A stretch of 63,853 nucleotides of DNA, filler included, from Collodictyon triciliatum (Eukaryota), in NCBI GenBank assembly GCA_043381765.1. It is 11 parts of 11 records of this genome, joined end to end, with 100 filler letters (N's around TTAATTAATTAA, not from the genome) between each part and the next. Parts side by side here need not be neighbours in the genome. Positions count along the whole stretch, not along the records: positions 22,784 to 28,680 come from JBHJMP010004857.1; positions 28,781 to 34,677 come from JBHJMP010004858.1; positions 34,778 to 40,714 come from JBHJMP010004859.1; positions 40,815 to 46,703 come from JBHJMP010004860.1; 7 more parts are not named here. One strand, 5' to 3'. The first letter of the stretch is position 1, and every line of letters starts with the position of its first letter. The notes below the pieces were generated by a model. That model was not told the origin of the DNA. It made no database searches and saw only the letters and a list, made by a program, of their open reading frames with translations. The position numbers were made by a program, and so were the translations under genes. Shown here in pieces: positions 25,775 to 42,923 of this stretch.

Positions 25775-26906
25775 TTATTGGTTGGGAGTATTTGTGACCA
25801 CTGTCCCTGGCCCTGGGGTTGTCGATGACTTTGGAGAGAGTGCAGCTGGCTTCACCCATTTCTTTCGAAAACTTGAATGACTTTCATAGTTCTGTGTCCG
25901 CGATGCAGATGCGAAGTGAAGTCAAAAAGGAAAGGAAATAGTTAGAATACAAATAAAGGCGAGTTATGGTATGAAAAGTGATGATAATTGCGTGTCTCTC
26001 GGTAAAAGTCATAGTAATCAGGCCTAAATATGTATTTCTGTGACAGCATGAATGATTATCGAATTCGATGAAGCCACAAACACGACGGATATGTTCCCAA
26101 AGTGGGCCAGGTTGTGCTTTGTTATCACCATATGGAAACCACGTTTCTCTCAGCTGACGAAGGAGAATTTCACCTTTCAGAAACACATTTCAAGGGTGGT
26201 TTATAATTCGTTTGTAAAAAAGGGTTAGGTTGTAGTTATGAAAAGATTTTACTCTTTTTTTTTTTTTTATCACTGTCCTTTTCTTATTGCAGGGTAACAA
26301 TAAACGAAAACAACAGAAAACAACAGAAAACAACAGAAAACAACAGAAAACAACAGAAAACAACAGAAAACAACAGAAAACAACAGGAAACAACAGAAAA
26401 CAACAGAAAACAACAGAAAACAGCAAAACAAACAAACCCTTATCGTGGAGCTTCTCAACCACATCCGGGCGAGCCTCGCTTTTACTTTGCTATTAATTTA
26501 ATTCAGGATGGGGTTGTTTAATTATCAAAAAAAATGATATAAAATATTTTATGTTGCGATATTAGGCATCATCAGATATTCGGGATGTGCACATGATATA
26601 CCTTAACAAGCTCATGTGCTTGATTTCGCCAGCGCTTTTGTTGATCGCGATGGGGCACCTTGTTTGCAAGCGACAATAGTTGGAATCCAAGCTTCACAAC
26701 TTTATTCTGATTTTGAATAGTCATCTTCTATACTGAGTTGCGACCAATTAAAAAAAAAGAAATCATAATAAGGATTTTTTTCAATATAGATACAGAAGAT
26801 AGGTAGCTAGTGGGCGAGTGTAGAAATCGTGGTTTAGGTAATTTAAACGCCTTAAATGAATTAAACTTTCTAGATGAAATGCATCAACTGATTTTATGTA
26901 GTCCAT
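25775..26906 (-). CDS. Small LYR-motif-like (LYRM) protein, multi-exon
   Basis: Spliced ...VKLGFQLLSLANKVPHRDQQKRWRNQAHELVK/QSKSEARPDVVEKLHDK/GEILLRQLRETWFP.../NYESHSSFRKKWVKP...NQ*. It fits the LYRM helical pattern, with LGF at the LYR position. First exon uncertain. Confidence 0.45.
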
Positions 26907-27201
26907 GTGTTATTTTATGCAGCGAAATAGATGTGAGGGTACTTTATCATGTAGTATATCATGCCAAGACAATTTCAACGCATATAAAAGAGAAGAGAAA
27001 AAGAAGAGAAAAAGAAGAGAAAAAGAAGAGAAAAAGAAGAGAAAAAGAAGAGAAAAAGAAGAGAAAAAGAAGAGAAAAAGAAGAGAAAAAGAAGAGAATG
27101 GAGAATATCATTATATTTCTAATTGAGTTGTTCACTGTATTTGATTTTCCTCATAGCCTATACAATTCAATTGTATCTTAATACGTATTAACATTACGTG
27201 A

Positions 27202-28385
27202 TTAAATAAAAAATAGTGTAATATAAAATACTTTGACTCGCATAATGGGAAAAAAAAAGAACGTATATTGTAAAATATCTGCTCCGCTTGTGATGGAATA
27301 TCGACTAACCATTTTAACGGCATCACCTGTGTCATCAAAAAGAGATAGCTGAAACGAGTCAATTTGTTGAAGAACTATTAGCAAGAGTGACACAAAGAAG
27401 CAAGTAAGTGATGAAAACACTTTTTTCGATTATCAAATTTGACATATGCACTTGTATTACCTTCTCCATAACAATTTGATTGTTTAACATATCCACGATT
27501 TAGTAAGTTCCAGTGGAAAAACCTGAACTTTGGTGATGAACACACATCTGGCATGATCAAATAAACTCTATTCCTAAATAAAGCAAAGAACGATTCCACA
27601 ATATATTCGATGCTTTTATCATTAGAACAGTCATAGATATTAACCGGCTACATAATAAGTCTGTTTTAAGGAGAATACCCCGAGGAGATCGCCTCACTGA
27701 CCATTCCAACCGAATCAGCTGTAACGAATATATCGCTGGAGCAGGCCTTTTCGTTGAGACAGAAAGCATGAGTGATTTTATATTTAATTTTTTTTTTAAC
27801 CATTCGATCACGGACATAATGGTATTATCATTAACAAGGTACAAATAATTAATTACAAGCATTCCAATATATGGGTTGTCTCCTTTTTCATTCCAAACCC
27901 AGCAAATATTTTTGTATCTCGTTGCGATTTCAGAGACTAAATCACGAAGCTGACAGATCATACATGAAGGTGTTCGTCACACAGATTTCGGTATACCATC
28001 AAAAATTTAAATGTATGACAACGTGCTTAGTTGCGTTAATTGTGATTAAGCTGTTTATGATACCTCTTTAGATGTTCTCCTTGAAAAACTGATTAATAAG
28101 TAACCGTCTCTTTTGCTTGTTGTATCAAATATCTAGTGTATAAAGAATGAATAAATTATATATCTATAGTGAATAGTTGACATTCATTTCCCTACAGTAC
28201 TATTTGAAATTTTGGTTTAAGTCTTTGACTCATTTAGTAATGATTTGCCTTTGATAATTACATGCTCAAGACAAGAAAGTAATTGATGCAAATCTGGACT
28301 GTAGTTTGACGTAAAGCCACCTATTAAGAGAGAGGCAAACTGCCCTCCTTTATACCAATATTAAAAAAGGGAGTGGTTTGCTTAC
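27202..28385 (-). CDS. ELM1: Mitochondrial fission protein ELM1 family (Mito_fiss_Elm1), 5'-truncated at the spacer
   Basis: Exons give IGGFTSNYS, LLISFSRRTS, CWVWNEKGDNPYIGML, ACSSDIFVTADSVGMVSEAISSG/NRVYL, KFRFFHWNLLNRGYV and LFDDTGDAV, the ELM1 motif series in order. Both ends approximate. Confidence 0.85.
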
Positions 28386-28819
28386 TGGAAGTTCAATAGG
28401 CTGACAATCAATAAAAAAGAAAAAAAGAAAAAAAGAAAAAAAAAAGAAAAAAAGAAAAGAAAAAAAGAAAAGAAAAAAAGAAAAGAAAAAAAGAAAAGAA
28501 AAAAAAGAAAAGAAAAAAAGAAAAGAAAAAAAAGAAAAGAAAAAAAGAAAAGAAAAAAAGAAAAGAAAAAAAAGAAAAGAAAAAAGAAAAGAAAAAAAGA
28601 AAAGAAAAAAAAGAAAAGAAAAAAAGAAAAGAAAAAAAGAAAAGAAAAAAAGAAAAGAAAAAAAGAAAAGACAAAAGACANNNNNNNNNNNNNNNNNNNN
28701 NNNNNNNNNNNNNNNNNNNNNNNNTTAATTAATTAANNNNNNNNNNNNNNNNNNNNNNNNNNNNNNNNNNNNNNNNNNNNGAAGTGTAAGTTGAATTTTA
28801 AAACACAAAAAAGTTTATA

Positions 28820-30382
28820 CTTAGCAATAGAAAGGTTTTCAATAGCATTAGTCTCAAGTCCATTTTTGATATCTCTATTGAAGACTGTAATGAATTATTT
28901 TATTTCCACATTTATTTCATGAAATACTGTCGTACATATAATTTAATCAAAATTTTCAAGAAAGTACAAACAATTAATTGAAAAAAAAGGATAATTTGAT
29001 GGATTGCAGACTTAATATTTCTTTTCTTTTTTTTTTTGTTAAAAGTTTGTGAGATTTTTTAATTTCATTATCAATGTCAGATTTATATGAAATCTTCTAT
29101 TCTTAGATAGCATTTTGTTCAAATTAAGGCTGTAAGTTTTGATTTTTTGAATAAATACGAAAAAAAACCCATTCTAATTTAAGTTTCATAAATCTGTAAT
29201 AGGGAGTATTTTTTATTTCAATTAACACATATTTCATATTTGAGAAACGAAATAAAAACCCCTTCTTTCTAAATTTTCACCGAATTATAGACTAGGTGGT
29301 AGTTAATCTTATACTCTTGAAAAAAAATCATGTTTTTCTCATATGGTATTTTATATACTACATCGCAGTCTTTGAGCGGGGTAATCATCGTTTATTACAT
29401 TTGATTCTATTCCAAAGTCTTACTGCCATATAATATTGATAAATCTAACCTGCTCTCAGTTTACTTTTATATTAAAATGTTGTGATTTATAATCCACTCT
29501 TTCTCTTTATCGACCCACAAATATTCGCAGTAGCGTTCCTTTTGCTCTCCGAAGTTGCAAGAGAAACAGCATGGTGAGTTTGAATGAAATTAATGGAAAT
29601 AACTGGTCTGTGAATAATATAATATCCTAATGTTCATCTCCACGTTTAAATGAATTAATTAAGTTTTCATCAAATGGCAACAGAAACGGCTCACTGGAGG
29701 AAATATGACGAAATATTGCAAAACATAACAAAATAAAATCTCTTGAAATCTACTGCGATTCTTTCAGCACTTATGTTAATTTCGAATCTTTTTTATCTTT
29801 ACAAAAGAGAAATGCACCCGTTTTCATCTGTTGGAAAACAAATATTCGAATGGAAAAAAATGGCGAGGGCAACAAAAAAAGAAAAAAAAAGGATAAATCG
29901 AACGCCGTTTACTCGGTGCATAGTTTGTCTTAATATCCCTTTTTGTGTCTCAGAGAATATATTTCGATGAGATAATATGTCTGTATTGCAAAACTATATA
30001 TTTCAAATTACTTCGATGAACACGTTAATTATTTTAACTGTTTCTCGCCAATATCCACGGAAATATGAAAATCTTACAACTAGTCTGGTTGGAAATTATT
30101 CTGTTTCGTTTATCTTTTCTTTTTCTTTTATTCCGTCTTCTTTATCTCTGCCCCTTAAAATTTTAGTTTTCAAAAAAAAAAAAAAAAAAAAAAAAAAAAC
30201 AATAGAATTACAATCTCATCTCAACAGCCAAAAAAAAAAATTTATCATAATCTAAATGATAATTTTTCTTGTACTAGCCTGTGAGCAAATGTAGTCGCTC
30301 AAGCAAAAGAATAGAAGATTTCGAAGAGATGGCCCATTTTCCAAAAATATCAGACCTTATTTTCAATGAAGGACTCTTCCAT
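28820..30382 (-). CDS. Probable multi-exon gene of unknown function (3'-truncated)
   Basis: Short open exon-like blocks near GT/AG sites (MEESFIENK; ISRDFILLCFAIFRHISSSEPFLLPFDENLINSFK; PVISINFIQTHHAVSLAT). No family recognised and the model is incomplete. Confidence 0.3.
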
Positions 30383-30517
30383 TTTTTTTTTATCTTTTGT
30401 ACTTAATCATCAAATGCTCACAATAGTACCGCATTTTAGGCTTCAGTGTACGTAAGCGATGGTGATATATTAAAATTTCCCCATGAATGAGTCAGCGCAT
30501 CGCCTTGAAAAGGGCAC

Positions 30518-34540
<4,023 letters not shown>

Positions 34541-34807
34541 CTACATCATTCGTCAATACCCCGTTCAGATGTAGACGATATAGTACAAAAACAAAAAACA
34601 AAAAATGAAAAAAGAAAAAATGAAAAAAGAAAAAACAAAAAACAAAAAACAAAAAAAAAAAAAAAAAAAAAAAAAAANNNNNNNNNNNNNNNNNNNNNNN
34701 NNNNNNNNNNNNNNNNNNNNNTTAATTAATTAANNNNNNNNNNNNNNNNNNNNNNNNNNNNNNNNNNNNNNNNNNNNTAGAAAAATTATCACAATTTTCC
34801 TTCATAC

Positions 34808-35503
34808 TATGTTCATAGATCTGATTCCAGACAAGTTGAAGAACTCTGACTATCAGGTTTAGCTAAATGCTTTATTATTATTGCTTTTCTTTTCTTTTCA
34901 TGCTATGTTTTTGTTTTGTTTTGTTTTGTTTTGTTTTGTTTTGTTTTGTTTTGTTTTGTTTTGTTTTGTTTTGTTTTGTTTTGTTTTGTTTTGTTTTGTT
35001 TTGTTTTGTTACACCCATGAGATGTTCTTTGAACTTGATTATGCTCCCAACAGACTCAGCGCGTCTGACATCCTGTTTCGTCCACAATACCAAATGACCC
35101 ACGACTCTAGAATACTCTGGACAGTCACAAGGGGACATATGCTGTGGGCCTTATGGAGTGTGCGTGCATTCTCCCGCTCGAATGATTCACCCGAACGAGA
35201 AATCAATGTAACCAGGCTTGAAAGCCTCGTGCAATACAGCTTCCTGAACAGCCTGCTGAAACACACCCGCATTCTTCGCTACTCTGACCGCAAATGAAGA
35301 GATATGAGGAATGTGTTGTTAGATATCTCCCATTGTATATCCAACCCCTGCTACCCACACAACCAATCAACCAGTTGGGACGCCCGCCTGACCAACTCGC
35401 TATCACTGACTTCTTTCCAGTGCTAGCCTCTCCACAATAATGTCTTCTCTTACTCGCGTCTGCTCTCTACCATGCACACTTTTCTCGCCCCTTTGTATGG
35501 CAT
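34808..35503 (-). CDS. 5' exons of an unknown gene, truncated at the spacer
   Basis: Plausible splice path MPYKGARK/HWKEVSDSELVRRASQLVDW/LVAKNAGVFQQAVQEAVL.../VVGHLVLWTKQD.../LNLIVRVLQLVWNQIYEH with phase-compatible GT-AG introns. Confidence 0.45.
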
Positions 35504-36388
35504 GACCTCGCTGCACTTTGAATCGAATAAAGGAAAAAAATAAACTTCCAAAAATTGGAAAGGAATGGCAGACAAAGAGAAGGTATCTCAAGGCTTCGGC
35601 GCGCTGATTTTCAACGCAGCACTCGAAGACGGAAACGAAAGCCCTCTATTTCTATTAGTGGAAATTATATATTAAAGGATTAATTTTGTTTAATTTACAA
35701 ATACATTTCTATGTCAAAATTAATTAGGGTGATAATATATGTAATATAATCGAACTACAATAAAATAGTTATTTCTGTATTCTGCTGTGTCTGGGTGCGG
35801 AAATTTCGCTCTGGCTTGTGATTGTTTGCCACATTGGTAGGGAAGGCTCAAAGATCCTCTTACTTCCCTGCCCTCGAGCCCGCCCCAGTGGACTAATCCC
35901 CACGAATCCCTACGGAGTCACAACTTGTATTCCCACGCAAAAACTAAGGCCGGCACAAGATGACTGTAAGTGTCCACCCACCCCCGTAACTCTCACATCT
36001 CTTGGGCCTCACCCCGACTATGTGAACCCTTGAGAGGGGAAGAAAAAAAAGAAAAAGGGAAAAAAAAGGGAAGAAAGAGGAAAGATAAGAAAAGAAAAGA
36101 AAAGAAAAGAAAAGGCTCCTCGGATACACTCGGTAGAACCTTGGCAAAGGACTCTTTCCACCCCACAATACTTGAGCGGAAGACCAATGGATGTATCAAT
36201 ATAGACAGAATTTTTGATAATTCAGATTTTTCTGGGATGATAGAAAAATTTAAAGTTCTCGGCTGGTATCGACGCCACAGTCGGGGGTGGGATTAAGTGA
36301 GATTAAAGCCACCCTGATACGAAAATATTTACCGACCCTCACCAATTTTGGCACTTGGGGTGCCGATCGGATTGCTGATCTACAAAGC

Positions 36389-36908
36389 ATGTCCTCGACA
36401 GTCTACCATTATTCTCCGCGCTCCAGTGTCGATCGCATGACATTTTGCCGCAGAAATGTCATAGCACCTAACTGATTGTCACTCTCTTTCATTACGCAGT
36501 ACCCACCCACTGATCTGCTCCACCCTTCTGAGTCCGCTGAGAAGAGAAAGCACAAGCTTAAGCGCCTCATCCCTTCCCCCAACAGCTACTTCCTTGATGT
36601 CCGCTGCAATGGGTGCAACGTGATGTAAGAGTCCAGTCCCATCTCTTTAAAAACAAGGCCACCCTTTCTGGCAGGCTAAGCTCCGTGTGACCCTTACCTT
36701 TTCTACTTTTAACTCTATGACCCCGAACAACCAGAAACTCACTGTAGCTCCCTTTTTCTTCTTCTTCTTTTTAATGTTCAGCACCACCGTCTTCAGTCAC
36801 GCATCCACAGTTGTTGTCTGCAGCTCATGCTCCAACATCATCGCCACCCCGACCGGAGGTGTTGCCAAGCTGTCCGAGGGCTGCCAGTACCGCCGCAAGG
36901 CCGAATAA
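36389..36908 (+). CDS. RPS27: 40S ribosomal protein S27 (eS27), 3 exons
   Basis: Exons 36389-36400 (inferred), 36500-36624, 36782-36908: [74 protein letters not shown]. Confidence 0.97.
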
Positions 36909-37171
36909 ACGCCGCCTTACCGAGCAAGATACCGATACACTTAAGTTTCACGCTCCTCGCGCGCCACCCACACGCCCTAGAAGGATCCAAGAAACAGGAC
37001 ATCGACGCGACACAACCACCAGAGCAGACGGTGAATGACGACAACATGCCCCTGACAGATGGAAGTAAAGACAGAGACAGAGACAGAAACAGGGACAGGG
37101 ACAGAGACAGAGACAGAGACAGAGACAGAGACAGAATCAGAGACAGAAGCGGCGAGGAGTAGTTTAGGAGG

Positions 37172-38389
37172 TCAGAAGGCCTGGATGCGGCGGTTGCCCA
37201 GCTCGCAGACGTAGAGCAGGTGGTTGAGACCGAAGGCGAGGCCCATGGGGGAGAGCAGCTGGCCGTGGGCGTTGCCCGGGGCGGCAAAGACGGCGAGGAG
37301 GTCGCCGCGGAGGGAGTAGACAAAGATCTGGTGGCGGTGGAAGTCGGAGACGAAGAGGGAGTCTGCGGGGCCGCAGCAGAGGTTCGCGTTGCGGACGTGG
37401 TGGATGCGGATGGAGCAGCGGTAGCGGGCGTCGGTGCCAAAGACCTTGATGGTGTCTGTGTTCTGGCCCAGCACGTAGACGCGGTCGTCGCGGGAGACGG
37501 CAATGGCGTCCGGCGAGGGGGTTTCGGCGAGGCCTGCGCCGGGGCCGCCGAACGTGCAGACGTGCGCGCCGTGGCGGTCGAACTTCTGGACGCGGGAGTT
37601 GCTGTGGTCCGTGACAAAGAGGTTGCCGGCGCGGTCGAACGCCGCGTGGTAGGGACAGTTGAAGTGGCCGTCGGCGCTGCCGCTGCCGCTGCCGCTGCCG
37701 CTGTTGCTGCCGCGTCCGAGCGTCTGCCGCCACCGCCCGGCCTCGTCGAAGAGCTGCACGCGGTGTGAGTCGTGGCCCACCACCGCCACGCGCCCGTCCG
37801 CCGCCACCGCCACGCCGATCGGCCCTGCAAAGCTCGCCGCCCCGCCCGCCGCCCCCGCGATGCACCGCCGCACCGCAAGGTCCTCCGCCCCGAGAACCAG
37901 GACCCGGTGTGCCCCGTAGTCCGTCACATACAGCTCCCCGCTCTCCGGGTGCACCGCCACCCCGCACGGCATGTGGCCCTCCAGCGGCCGCAGCACCCCC
38001 CGCCCGAGCGCTCCAGATCCAGATCCAGATCCAGATCCAGATCCAGATCCAGATCCAGATCCAGATCCAGATCCAGATCCAGCGCCAACGCCGAACTCCG
38101 CCAGCGACCGCAGCACCCCCCGCCCCGGCCCCCGCATCTCCACCCACGACAGCCGCTGCGGCAGCCGCACCTCGATCCGCACCGCGTCCGTGTGTCGGAA
38201 CTCCATCCCCTCCGCCACGGGCGCCTCCGCACTCGACTGTGGGACCGGTCGCGCCAGGCTCGCCCGCAGAAACTCTGCCGCGTACGGCAGCGTCGGGATG
38301 TCTGGCGTGGGTCTGCCTCTGCCGCGGGGTTTGTGTGCCCTTGCCTTGTTTGGTTGGTGTGGCAGCTGTGTGTTGAGATCATCATCATT

Positions 38390-38428
<39 letters not shown>

Positions 38429-40363
38429 GACGTCGTCGTCGCCGTTGCTGCTCATTCCCTCGCATCGGGTCAGGGCCTGGGTGCAGATTTTTTGTCCGTA
38501 TTTGATGTGCTGGAGTGTTTGAGAGATGTCGTCGAGTTGTAGTGTGAGCGGTTTTGTTAGTTCAGCTTGCATCTGCTCAACCTGGGTATGATAGAATGTA
38601 TTGGCGTGTTCATTATATATGTGTTTAGACAAAAAATTTTCTTATTTGGATGGGGATGGGGATGGGTGTGTATGTATGTATGTATGTATGTATGTATGTA
38701 TGTATGTATGTATGTATGTATGTATGTATGTATGTATGTATGTATGTATGTATGTATGTATGTATGTATGTCTAGGTGGATGTGATTGGTTGAGTGTTGT
38801 GGGTGAAGGAGACGGATAATGTAAAGTATGATATGAGAAAAAAAAGAAAAAGAAAAAAAAAGATGATTATCCAAGGGGGGCTTGAGAAGTTATTTCTTCT
38901 CTCTATCATTCATTCACTGATTTTTTTTCTTTTCCAATCGTCACTTACATTTTGAACCAAATCGCTCTCCAAACGGTCCAGATTTTCTTCAGCCTCTTTC
39001 AATACCTTTCTGTATTCAGAGACATGCTGGGCAATTTGAACCTTTATGGTCTCCACTTGGTCCTCGAGCTAGCAGTCAACAAAATGAGAGGTCAAGACAA
39101 AAGATAGAAAAGAAAAATAAAGAAAAATGGATATAATAGTTTGGTGTGAAGACCTGTGCAAAGCAAATACTAAACTAAGCTAAACTAAATAATTGATCAT
39201 GGATAGTTGTTGTATCGCATACATCTTCAGATTCTTTGATAATACGCTGTTTCTCGGTGGCAATTTGTTCCAATCTCCCGTCAACTTCTTTCAATAGCTC
39301 TTGTGAAGTGGACTTAATGATTTGCAAACCTTCTTCATATCTCACATGAACATGTTCAGGATTCGTAATCTTGTCCTCATGAGCGCACCACAAGCAAAGA
39401 AACGGACTTATCTTGCACTTCTTACAATATATCTCAAACTTCATGTGCGGGTGTTTTTGGCAGAGAGTCCTCAGCATATAATGAAACTTTTTCCCACCTA
39501 TTTTCCTTTTCGAATGAAATAAACCAAAGGTCTGACTAAGCACTCACAATACCCAACCACAAAAAAATAAAAAAAAATATATGGTAACAATAAGTAAATA
39601 ATATAATGCATATATAATTGGACAATCCTCTTCTTAGGTTTACTTATGCGATGCAAGCATATAATATAATATAATATAATACTACATCCCAATATTATTT
39701 TAACGCAGAAAGTGAAAGCTCTGCTGAATTATGAAAGCATATAGAAAAAGATAAAGATCAGCGAAATTCATTTTAAAGAGAACATATGCTTGGTGCTTAC
39801 GTAGTGGTGTGAGAGCTGGACATGGGCAAGCGGTTGTGCCAAATGAGACAACCCTTGCACAAGTAGTTGCATCCATCGGAACAGAAATGAGTAACTCTCT
39901 CCTTACATCCAACGGAAGCACAGGAAATTCCAATCGGTAAACCAAGACCATCTGGAAATCGCATCATAGCGCCCAGCTCGCCTGCACCAGTCAAGGATGA
40001 GGATATCAACGAACCAGACTCATCGACATGCAAGTTGATTGAGTTTTGCGGCAGATTCGATAGGTATGAATCCACCAAGTTCTGGTGCATGGAGGCTGGT
40101 GGAAAAGCCACCATATCCAGAGATATCTCTCCAGCTTTCATATTTGGCTCTCCGCAGTGGCCTCGGCAAATAGGACATCGTATAAAGCTTTGGTCTTTTC
40201 GTGCATTTTCCCAAAGTTGCTTTGCACAAGTGGAACATAAGACATGTTGACAGGGAAGTGTCAGAGGCTGCTCAAATATCTCCCGACACACCGGGCAGCA
40301 TATTTCTAATGGGACGTCGGCGTCTAAAAGTCGTCCCCCATACCCACGTTGGTTTTCTGCCAT
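37172..40363 (-). CDS. TRIM-NHL-like protein: RING, B-box1, B-box2, coiled coil, NHL repeats
   Basis: RING CPVC..PCQHVLCSTC..CPICR; B-box1 CASVGC..FCSDGCNYLCKGCLIWH..SSH; B-box2 CQKHP..YCKKCK..LCLWC..EH; coiled-coil exons; NHL blades PCGVAV..LYVTDYGAHRV, FNCPYHAAFDRAGNLFVTDHSNSRVQKF and PMGLA..LYVCELGNRRIQAF*. The junction between the B-boxes is unresolved. Confidence 0.85.
38013..38082. repeat. (GATCCA)n hexamer repeat encoding (GS)n inside the NHL gene
   Basis: Perfect 6-mer run, in frame on the minus strand. Confidence 0.9.
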
Positions 40364-40814
40364 TCGATTTCTGGGTGCTGGGCGAGATTGCAGTATCAGG
40401 GTAGGTGAATACATTCGTGTGATTATTTTTTTTTCATGATTGTTATATAGTGGCACGTTTCTTTTTTTTTTTTGCCTGGTCTAAAATACTCTTATCGTTG
40501 TGTTATTTGTTATACGATTAATCTTTCTAATTTCATTTATAACTGTTTTCTTTTAAAAAAAATCTAGGGAGGTAAAATAAAATACAATAAAATAAAATAA
40601 AATAAAATAAAATACAATAAAATAAAATACAATAAAATACAATAAAATACAATAAAATACAATAAAATACAATAAAATACAATAAAATACAATAAAATAC
40701 AATAAAATACAATANNNNNNNNNNNNNNNNNNNNNNNNNNNNNNNNNNNNNNNNNNNNTTAATTAATTAANNNNNNNNNNNNNNNNNNNNNNNNNNNNNN
40801 NNNNNNNNNNNNNN

Positions 40815-42420
<1,606 letters not shown>

Positions 42421-42923
42421 ACCAAACCAAACCAAACCAAACCAAACCAAACCAAACCAAACAAACAAACAAACGAACAAGAAAACAAAAACAGTATAGT
42501 AAAACCCATTACCATAATATGAAATAATGTTAACTGCTTCGTACTCTGAGAAAAATGAAAAGAAAAAAACACTGCGCCACCATAACAAAGTTTCGATGCT
42601 ATACATCTTGTGAACAATAACAAACAGCGCGATGTGGTGCTGACACAGAACACAACGCCATACATATGTAGATGGAGAATCATGAATGAGCCTTTACAAT
42701 TTGGTCATTTGGACAATTTATTGTTTAAGGTTGATGGAATCCTTACAAAGCCGCACAATATATTTTTTTAAGGTGTAAAATTATATTTTCCAATGAAAAA
42801 TAAAAAAAAGTATGAAATTGAAGGAAAGGGATTAAGAGGAGGGGCGTGTATAAAAAAGACAAAAAAAAAAAAAAACTGTTGAAAATGAGTTTAATTCCTA
42901 TCTCGCTATTTGAGAGTGCAATT

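Noticed and set aside
28385-30382. Joining ELM1 to the upstream minus-strand exons across the 28681 spacer
   Set aside because: No ELM1 N-terminal motifs were found in 28.8-30.4 kb, and the spacer is not evidence of linkage.
37164-38542. Multiple long overlapping or antisense ORFs here, at 2023-3135 and at 54069-55457
   Set aside because: Expected from stop-codon scarcity in very GC-rich exons; only one frame in each region has family motifs.
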